Shown here: in pieces, positions 57,304-64,000 of the stretch
Position numbering within the stretch: the stretch's first letter is position 1
Layout: each line of letters opens with the position of its first letter
Assembly: GCA_002315685.1 (NCBI GenBank)
Contig: DCHX01000029.1
Location: forward strand, 16,701-80,700
Source of the DNA: Ruminococcaceae bacterium UBA1741
Lineage (GTDB): Bacteria; Bacillota; Clostridia; Oscillospirales; Acutalibacteraceae
Direction of reading: 5' to 3'
DNA length: 64,000 nt
The notes under the pieces: generated by a model
The model's database searches: none
What the model saw: the letters and a program-made list of their open reading frames with translations, nothing else
Told to the model about the DNA's origin: nothing
Program-made: the position numbers and the translations under genes

Positions 57304-58443
57304 TTGATATATTTAGATAATGCGGCAACAAGCGGTAAAAAGCCCGAAAGTGTAATAAAGGCAGTGAATTATGCGCTTAATAATTTCTCGGCAAATGCGG
57401 GAAGAGGCGGATATAAGCTGGCGGTTGATGCTTCAAATGCTATTTACAGAGTAAGAGAAAAAGTATCTTCGTTTTTCGGCGCTTCAAGTCCCTTAAAGGT
57501 CGCCTTTTGCCCAAACTGCACCCATGCAATAAACTATGTTATTAAAGGGGTTATGTCAAACGGCGGACATATTGCGGTGTCCGACCTTGAACATAATGCG
57601 GTTATGCGCCCTGTTTATAAAACAAACTGCGATTATACAGTTGTAGAAACATCTTTTACGGATGACAAGATTACAACGCAAAACTTCGAAAATGCAATAA
57701 GAGAGGACACAAGACTTGTTATTTGTACCGCCGTGTCAAATGTTACGGGCAAAATAATGCCTATAAGGGAAATAGGGGAAGTATGCAAAAGAAAAGGTGT
57801 GCTTTTTCTTGTTGACGGTGCACAGGGCGGCGGCGTGGTACCGATAAATGTAGGAAAATATAATATCGACTTTTTGTGTATTGCTTCTCATAAGGGACTT
57901 TTAAGTCCTATGGGAACGGGAATACTTATAGCCGAAAGCGATATTCCCGATACGGTTATAGAGGGCGGAAACGGTATAAATTCTCTTGAACTTAAACAGG
58001 ATTCGGAAATGCCCGAGGGTTTTGAAAGCGGAACACTTTGTCTGCCGAACATTATGGGAATAGGTGCGGGAATAGACTTTATAAGCAAAATAGGAATAGA
58101 AGAAATCTACGAAAAGGAAATGAATATTACAAGCTTCTTTTACGAGAATTTAGCAGAACTTAAAGATGTTATTCTTTATACTCCTTATCCCGAAAAATTA
58201 AGCTTTGCACCCGTTTTGTCCTTTAACATTAAAGAAAAACATTCAGAAGAAATTGCAGAGTATTTGGATAAAAACGGCATTGCGGTAAGAGGCGGTTTTC
58301 ATTGTTCGTATTCTGCCCACAATAAGCTTAATACAACCGATGTCGGAACGGTTAGAATATCTCCTTCGTTTCTAAACAGTATGAATGAAGCAAAATATAC
58401 GGTAAATGTCGTAAAAAAATACAATTTATTCTTGAAGAGTTAA
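57304..58443 (+). CDS. Class V aminotransferase (cysteine desulfurase/selenocysteine lyase-like)
   Basis: YLDNAATS N-terminus and a PLP-lysine motif ASHKGL. The start is set at the TTG at 57304, because the ORF-track GTG at 57256 lies inside the terminator hairpin. Confidence 0.8.
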   Translation: MIYLDNAATSGKKPESVIKAVNYALNNFSANAGRGGYKLAVDASNAIYRVREKVSSFFGASSPLKVAFCPNCTHAINYVIKGVMSNGGHIAVSDLEHNAVMRPVYKTNCDYTVVETSFTDDKITTQNFENAIREDTRLVICTAVSNVTGKIMPIREIGEVCKRKGVLFLVDGAQGGGVVPINVGKYNIDFLCIASHKGLLSPMGTGILIAESDIPDTVIEGGNGINSLELKQDSEMPEGFESGTLCLPNIMGIGAGIDFISKIGIEEIYEKEMNITSFFYENLAELKDVILYTPYPEKLSFAPVLSFNIKEKHSEEIAEYLDKNGIAVRGGFHCSYSAHNKLNTTDVGTVRISPSFLNSMNEAKYTVNVVKKYNLFLKS

Positions 58444-58512
58444 TAATAATATGATAATATATATATAAATATAGTAAAGTTTATAGTAAAATTCGGTGAA
58501 GGAAGATGAAAA

Positions 58513-59427
58513 GTGGCAGTTTATTTTAATGAGTTTTATAATAGCTTATATGCTCTTTGGAACCAAATAATCTATGCCGTTTCTAATATCAGAATTTTTG
58601 ATATTATTGATATTGCGGTGGTTGCCTTCCTTTTGTATAAGGCGTTTGTGTTTTTAAGGGAAACAAGAGCGGGACAGCTTGTTAAGGGTATTGCGGTGCT
58701 TCTTATTGTATATGCTCTTGCTAAATGGTGGCAGCTTGCCGTGCTTGAATGGATTTTATCGGTAGTATTTAATTCGGCTATCGTTGTTTTTGCGATTATT
58801 TTCCAGCCCGAAATAAGAAGACTGCTTGAAAGAGTAGGACAAACAAAGTTCGGCAGAGTGAGGAACAATAAAGACATAAATCTTGAATCCTGTATTGAAA
58901 ATGTTTCAAAGGCTGCAAGGTCGATGCAAGAAACAAAAACCGGTGCTTTAATCGTTTTTGAGAGAGAAACGCAACTCGGTGAAATAATTAACACGGGAAC
59001 ACAAATTGATGCCGAAACAAGTGTGCCTATGCTTAATAATATATTTTATCCGAAAACTCCTTTGCACGACGGTGCGGTAATAATCAGGGACGGTAGGATT
59101 TTTGCTGCGGGTTGTATTTTGCCCCTTACACAAAGCAATATCTTTTCTCAAAGCCTCGGCACAAGACACCGTGCGGCTATCGGTATGACCGAAAATTCCG
59201 ATGCGGTTGTTTTAGTTGTATCGGAGGAAACGGGTAATATTTCTATTGTGTCTAACGGAGCGATAGAGAGAAACTTTAACGGCGTTACGGCATACGAAAA
59301 ACTAAAAGAGCTTTTGATAGACAATGATGATAGCGATAATAAAAAGATAATTTCTACCGTTAAAAACATATTCCCTTCCTTGCAAAAGAACGCAAAAGAC
59401 GAGAACGAGGAGGGTAAAAATGAGTAA
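58513..59427 (+). CDS. cdaA: Diadenylate cyclase CdaA
   Basis: Three N-terminal TM helices and a DAC domain with TPLHDGAVII and RHRAAIG motifs. Confidence 0.93.
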   Translation: MAVYFNEFYNSLYALWNQIIYAVSNIRIFDIIDIAVVAFLLYKAFVFLRETRAGQLVKGIAVLLIVYALAKWWQLAVLEWILSVVFNSAIVVFAIIFQPEIRRLLERVGQTKFGRVRNNKDINLESCIENVSKAARSMQETKTGALIVFERETQLGEIINTGTQIDAETSVPMLNNIFYPKTPLHDGAVIIRDGRIFAAGCILPLTQSNIFSQSLGTRHRAAIGMTENSDAVVLVVSEETGNISIVSNGAIERNFNGVTAYEKLKELLIDNDDSDNKKIISTVKNIFPSLQKNAKDENEEGKNE

Positions 59428-60742
59428 AATACTTGAAAGACTAACCCTAAAACGCTTGGTTAATAATAAGAAATTTCTTATAGTTATTTCGATTTTAATA
59501 TCTATTGTGATTTGGTTTGTGGCTATGATAGTAAGAAACCCCGTAAGGGAGCAGTCTTTTACTAATGTTCAAGCCTCTATTTCGGTTGAAAACACCTCTG
59601 CTCAAACATTGGGACTCGGAATAGTATCGGATATTTCTAATTATAGTTTTACGGTTACTATAAGCGGACCTAACTATATCGTAAGCTCAGTTAAGCCTGA
59701 GGACTTTTTGCTTTCGGCTTCTGTTGAAGATGTTAATGCTCCCGGTACCTATTCGCTTTCGGTTACCGCTACAAGAAACAGCGATAAAACGGGATATAGC
59801 TTTTCTTCTATTGAGCCGCCTTCTATTGATGTTACTTTCGATTATATTGATACAAAAGAGTTTACTGTTGCACCTAAAATTACGGGCGTTGTAGCCGAGT
59901 CGGGACTTATTGCCGAAGCTCCTGTTATGAGCAACCCCGAGCAAAGCACAATAACCGTTAAGGGACCCCGTGCGGCTATTGAAAAAATTGAGTCGGTAGG
60001 AACTCTTACCGAGCTTGATGAAAGCAAACCGCTTTCGTCCTCCCAAACCTTTGATTCGGATATTGTGATTTACGGTGAAAATAACACCGTGCTTTATAGG
60101 TTTTCTGCTGACGGCACGGTTTATGACGCCAAAGGCGAAAAAACCCAAAGCACCCTTAATTTAAGCTTTACTTCGGCTAAGGTTACTCAACCGATTTCCA
60201 AAAAAACCACCCTTGATGTTAAGGTTAGCTTTACGAATTTGCCGAGCGGTATAAGCGAAGCCGATATTAAGTGGTCTATTGACAATTCAAAGGTTGCCGT
60301 AATAGGAACGCCCGAGGTTATTGATAAAATGACCGAGGTTAAGCTTTCGGCTATTGATTTCAGAAATGTATCTTCCGCAAACGGAAGCTTTGAGGTAGCG
60401 CCGGTATTAACCGATGGCGTTAAGATTTTCGATAATATCGAGTTCTTTACGGTAACTATTGATGTTTCTAATTTTGCCGAACGCACCTTTACGGTTAAAA
60501 ATATTAAGTACAGCGGACTTGATTCCGGATTAAAGGCTAAAACATCTTCTGTAAGAAATGTTAAGATTTGCGGTCCTAAGGATGTCGTAAAAAATGTTAC
60601 TTCGGCTGACCTTTATGCCGAAATTGATGTCAGCGGTAAGGCCGCCGGTGCTCATACGATTGATGCGACGGTTAAATCCGATAAGTACAATAATATTTGG
60701 CAGGTCGGAACTTACAGCCCGTCTGTAACAATTACAAAATAG
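59420..60742 (+). CDS. cdaR: CdaA regulatory protein CdaR (YbbR-domain repeats)
   Basis: N-terminal TM helix followed by repeated YbbR-like beta modules. It overlaps the cdaA end by 8 nt. Confidence 0.85.
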   Translation: MSKILERLTLKRLVNNKKFLIVISILISIVIWFVAMIVRNPVREQSFTNVQASISVENTSAQTLGLGIVSDISNYSFTVTISGPNYIVSSVKPEDFLLSASVEDVNAPGTYSLSVTATRNSDKTGYSFSSIEPPSIDVTFDYIDTKEFTVAPKITGVVAESGLIAEAPVMSNPEQSTITVKGPRAAIEKIESVGTLTELDESKPLSSSQTFDSDIVIYGENNTVLYRFSADGTVYDAKGEKTQSTLNLSFTSAKVTQPISKKTTLDVKVSFTNLPSGISEADIKWSIDNSKVAVIGTPEVIDKMTEVKLSAIDFRNVSSANGSFEVAPVLTDGVKIFDNIEFFTVTIDVSNFAERTFTVKNIKYSGLDSGLKAKTSSVRNVKICGPKDVVKNVTSADLYAEIDVSGKAAGAHTIDATVKSDKYNNIWQVGTYSPSVTITK

Positions 60743-60791
60743 TTTAACGAAATACCACCTCATTTGCATAGAATGTAACGGGGTGGTATTT

Positions 60792-61127
60792 ATGATAAAG
60801 ACAGTTTTAACGATTATCGTTATACTCTTTGCAGTTTTGGGACTTTCGGAATTTTTACATAGCCTAAGGCTTGCCTGTTTCTCGTTAGGGCCTAAACGAA
60901 AGACTGCGACGGTAATTGTGCTTGATGAGGATAGGGCGGTTGAACAGCTATCCTATGTTATTTCTCAATCCTGTTGGTTCGGACCTCAGTATTCGGAGTG
61001 TATTATTGCGGTTACCGACAGTTTAAGTGAGGAAACTTTGAGGGATTGCCGAGAATACACTAAAACAAGTAATGTGATTTTAGTGCCTAATGAATATATA
61101 TCTAATGTAATAAATGCGGTTTTCTGA
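60792..61127 (+). CDS. Hypothetical small membrane-anchored protein
   Basis: One N-terminal TM helix (IKTVLTIIVILFAVLGL) and a soluble, fairly Cys-containing C-terminal part. The ATG at 60792 follows GGGGTGG. I recognised no family. Confidence 0.5.
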   Translation: MIKTVLTIIVILFAVLGLSEFLHSLRLACFSLGPKRKTATVIVLDEDRAVEQLSYVISQSCWFGPQYSECIIAVTDSLSEETLRDCREYTKTSNVILVPNEYISNVINAVF

Positions 61128-61199
61128 ATAATGTCTGCTGAACAAATGCTTCTGCGTAATAGCCGATGATTGGTTCAGAGCCATTGATTGACTGCCTGT

Positions 61200-61234
61200 T
61201 TTTATCATCTGTCGGGAAACGACAGATGATAAAA
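61200..61234. repeat. Perfect 15-bp inverted repeat with a 5-nt loop, 21 nt upstream of the recD2 start
   Basis: TTTTATCATCTGTCG ggaaa CGACAGATGATAAAA. Neither strand has a U-tract after it. Confidence 0.9.
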
Positions 61235-61255
61235 GTGCATTAAATAGGAGAAAAG

Positions 61256-63448
61256 ATGGAAACGGAAGAAAGAATAGAAGGACTAATTGAAAGAATAACA
61301 TATCGAAATGACCAAAACGGTTATACGGTTGCGAGTGTAAGGGTTGGCAATTCCCGTGTAACCGTTGTCGGCATTATTCCGTTTTTGTCCGACGGAGAAA
61401 CTGCGGTGTTTTTCGGCAAATATATTGTTCATCCTACCTACGGAGAGCAATTTTCGGTATCCTCCTTTGAAAGAACTGCGCCTAAAACCGTAGGTGCTAT
61501 TCTTCGGTATTTGTCCTCGGGAATTATCAGAGGTGTAGGTCCCGCAACGGCGGAAAGAATTATAGAAAAATTCGGGGATAAGTCGCTTGAAGTGATTGCC
61601 GAACGCCCTGAGGAACTTGCTTTGATAAAGGGAATATCTACCGAAAAGGCACTTGCGATTTCCGAAGAATACAACAAGCAATACAGCGTAAGGGATATTA
61701 TGCTTATGCTTTCTCCTTACGAGGTAAGCCCCGAAACCTGCGTGTCGGTGTTTCGTAAATTCGGTGCAGAATCCTGCGAGATAATAAGACAAAACCCGTA
61801 TGCGCTTTGCGATGAGGAAATCGGTTTTTCATTTGAAAAGGCGGAAAAAATCGCTTTCGATTTCGGTATATCTAAGGAAAACGATATGCGACTTGCGGCG
61901 GGTGTTGAATACATACTTAAACGCAACCTTGCAAACGGTCATACCTGTTTGCCTAAGGATAAACTTTCGGCGGTTGCAATAAATCTTCTCGAAATTGATA
62001 AGGATAAGGTTGAGGGCGTTTTTGATTCGCTTGTGAACTCTTTGAGGGTGGTTTCGAGAACAAAGGGCAACTGCGAATATTTGGCTTTATCGGATTATGC
62101 CTTTGCCGAGGAACGAATCGCCTCTAAATTATTATCGCTTGATGAAAATGCCGAAAAATTATTCGGCGCCGACGATAAGGAAATCGACTATATTGAAAAC
62201 AAGTTAAGTATTAAGTTTGAAGAAATACAAAGACAGGCGGTAAAGGAAGCAATTTCAAGCGGTGTGTTTGTATTAACGGGCGGTCCGGGTACGGGAAAGA
62301 CAACTACTCTTAATGCTGTAATCGGCATACTCGAAATGAGAAATTTGTCTATTTCTTTGGCGGCGCCTACGGGTAGAGCGGCTAAAAGAATGACCGAGCT
62401 TTGTAATAGAGATGCCAAAACCATTCATAGACTTTTGGAGGTTGACTGGTCTAACGAGGACAAACCGCAATTTTCAAGAAATGAAAAAAATCCGCTTGAT
62501 TGCGATGTGCTTATTGTTGATGAAGCTTCAATGGTTGATACTCTTTTGTTTGATAGCTTGTTAAAAGCTTTAAGACCTACCTCTAAGCTTATACTTGTAG
62601 GGGATGTGAATCAGCTTCCGAGCGTTTCGGCGGGTAATATACTAAATGATATTATCGAAAGCGAAAAGTTTTCAAGTGTTACGCTTAAAAAGGTGTTTAG
62701 ACAGGCGCAAAAGAGTGCTATCGTAAATACCGCACACGCAATAATCGAGGGCGCTGAAATTGACTTTTCAAATTCATTTGATGATTTTTTCTTTTTGCAT
62801 AAAAACGACGGATATTCGGTTGCCGAAACGATAGCTGAGCTTTGCTCAGATAGACTTCCGAAAGCTTACGGATATAATCCCGTTACCGATATTCAAATTA
62901 TATGCCCTTCAAAGATGTATGAAACGGGCACACTTAATCTTAATAATGTTTTACAAGCCGTGTTAAATCCCTATGATAAAAAGAAAGCCGAAATTATAAA
63001 CAGAGGCATTTCTTTCAGAGAAAAAGACAAGGTTATGCAAACCAAAAATAATTATGATATTATGTGGGAAAACGATAACGGCGAGCAGGGTAGCGGTGTG
63101 TTTAACGGCGATGTCGGATTTATTACCGAAATAGATGCCCGTGGCGGTATGGTTAAGGTTAGGTTTGATGATAGGGTGGCTGTCTATTTTCCGGAGAATT
63201 TAAGTGAACTTGAACTTGCTTATGCTATCACCGTCCATAAAAGTCAGGGCAGTGAGTTTGACTGCGTTATTATTCCTATGTGTAATATTCCGAATAAGCT
63301 TAAATATCGGAATTTGCTTTACACCGCCGTTACAAGAGCTAAAAAAATGCTTATTGCGGTAGGCGGTGAGGATGTTTTTTCGGCAATGGCAAAGAACGAT
63401 AAAAAAACGCTTCGTTATACCCTGCAAAAAGAGTGCTTCTATGATTAA
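61256..63448 (+). CDS. recD2: RecD2-type ATP-dependent DNA helicase
   Basis: N-terminal OB/HhH region, GGPGTGKTT, LIVDEASM, and TVHKSQGSEF near the C-terminus. Confidence 0.93.
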   Translation: METEERIEGLIERITYRNDQNGYTVASVRVGNSRVTVVGIIPFLSDGETAVFFGKYIVHPTYGEQFSVSSFERTAPKTVGAILRYLSSGIIRGVGPATAERIIEKFGDKSLEVIAERPEELALIKGISTEKALAISEEYNKQYSVRDIMLMLSPYEVSPETCVSVFRKFGAESCEIIRQNPYALCDEEIGFSFEKAEKIAFDFGISKENDMRLAAGVEYILKRNLANGHTCLPKDKLSAVAINLLEIDKDKVEGVFDSLVNSLRVVSRTKGNCEYLALSDYAFAEERIASKLLSLDENAEKLFGADDKEIDYIENKLSIKFEEIQRQAVKEAISSGVFVLTGGPGTGKTTTLNAVIGILEMRNLSISLAAPTGRAAKRMTELCNRDAKTIHRLLEVDWSNEDKPQFSRNEKNPLDCDVLIVDEASMVDTLLFDSLLKALRPTSKLILVGDVNQLPSVSAGNILNDIIESEKFSSVTLKKVFRQAQKSAIVNTAHAIIEGAEIDFSNSFDDFFFLHKNDGYSVAETIAELCSDRLPKAYGYNPVTDIQIICPSKMYETGTLNLNNVLQAVLNPYDKKKAEIINRGISFREKDKVMQTKNNYDIMWENDNGEQGSGVFNGDVGFITEIDARGGMVKVRFDDRVAVYFPENLSELELAYAITVHKSQGSEFDCVIIPMCNIPNKLKYRNLLYTAVTRAKKMLIAVGGEDVFSAMAKNDKKTLRYTLQKECFYD

Positions 63449-64000
63449 GAAAATATTAAACTCGGCGATTTCATTTGTTTTTCCTAATATGTGTCTTTCG
63501 TGCGGTAGAATTATTGATGAGGATAAAAGACTCTGCGATAGCTGTCAAAACAACCTTACGGTAATTCCTGCCGATAAAAGATGCCTAAAATGCGGACTTT
63601 CAAAGCCCGACTGCGACTGCGTAAGGCATATCTACTATTTCGAGGGCGCTCTTTCGGTATTTCATAATTCAAATACCGCAAGGAATATTGTTTATAAGTA
63701 TAAGTTCGCTAATAAAAAGCATTATAGAGAATATATTGCCGATAAAATGATACGAATAATTAAGGAAGAATACAGTGATATTAAGTTTGATGTGATAGTT
63801 CCCGTGCCGACATCCCTTAAAAGCTTCGTAAGCAGAGGCTATGACCATATATTTTTGCTTTCCGAGAATATTTCCGAAAAGCTTCGAATACCTATTAGTA
63901 AGGATATAATCGGCTGTAAGCCGTTCGGCAAGCCACAGCACACAAATGATTATTCTAACCGTTTTCCCAATGCAAGAGAAAAGTATTTCGTAAAGAATAA
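63441..64000 (+). CDS. comFC: ComF-family (ComFC) phosphoribosyltransferase-like competence protein, 3' end outside window
   Basis: Not in the ORF track because it has no stop in the window. It has an N-terminal Cys4 finger (CLSCG...CDSC...CLKCG..CDC) and then a PRT-fold start (VIVPVPTS). The ATG overlaps the recD2 stop (ATGATTAA). Confidence 0.8.
   Translation, partial: MIKKILNSAISFVFPNMCLSCGRIIDEDKRLCDSCQNNLTVIPADKRCLKCGLSKPDCDCVRHIYYFEGALSVFHNSNTARNIVYKYKFANKKHYREYIADKMIRIIKEEYSDIKFDVIVPVPTSLKSFVSRGYDHIFLLSENISEKLRIPISKDIIGCKPFGKPQHTNDYSNRFPNAREKYFVKN

Noticed and set aside
60743-60791. ATACCACC/GGTGGTAT pairing after cdaR, considered as a terminator
   Set aside because: The loop is about 22 nt, the following T-run is only TTT, and the 3' arm is the RBS of the next gene. 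The evidence is too weak to call.
61283-61792. 169-aa minus-strand ORF inside recD2
   Set aside because: It is antisense to a strongly supported helicase gene and has no recognisable domain.

Overview
AT-rich Bacillota (Clostridia-like) chromosomal segment made up almost entirely of housekeeping genes, packed tightly with many overlapping stop/start codons. I did not identify the species. I recognised no rRNA, tRNA, CRISPR array, transposase, integrase or prophage gene. Plus-strand blocks: jag(partial)-rpsU-yqeG; two adjacent K+ uptake systems (trkA-trkH-ktrB-ktrA); efp plus a Cys/Asp-repeat zinc-ribbon protein; ispD-ispF; an orphan MsmX-like ABC ATPase; tepA-like protease-ftsK-MBL nuclease domain; degV. 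A roughly 14 kb minus-strand string follows: polA, an LMW-PTP/RimI fusion, tsaD, dagK, mreBCD, PBP2, a MinD-like ATPase, mgsA, hisS, aspS. Then comes alaS and the conserved Firmicutes block yicC-remA-gmk-rpoZ-priA-def-fmt-rsmB-rlmN-stp-prkC-rsgA, followed by mntP and comEC-holA-toprim-WYL regulator. The window ends with a minus-strand ACT-hom-lysC operon, ytvI, DUF3343 plus a class V aminotransferase, cdaA-cdaR, recD2 and comFC (partial). Two real genes fall below the ORF-track cut-off: rpsU (494-670) and rpoZ (38227-38406). I found no obvious defence island or novel multi-gene system. The points most worth a second look are: an unassigned GC-rich structured RNA candidate with its own terminator after the WYL regulator gene (52840-52967); the overlapping comEC-holA-toprim-WYL operon; a ComEC split into channel and MBL nuclease genes 33 kb apart; an intact LMW-PTP fused to RimI beside tsaD; a MinD homologue with no membrane-targeting tail and no MinC/MinE; a (Cys-Asp)n repeat protein encoded by a hexanucleotide tract; and a perfect 15-bp palindrome ahead of recD2. 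All functional calls come from motif and synteny recognition by eye, and no database search was run.
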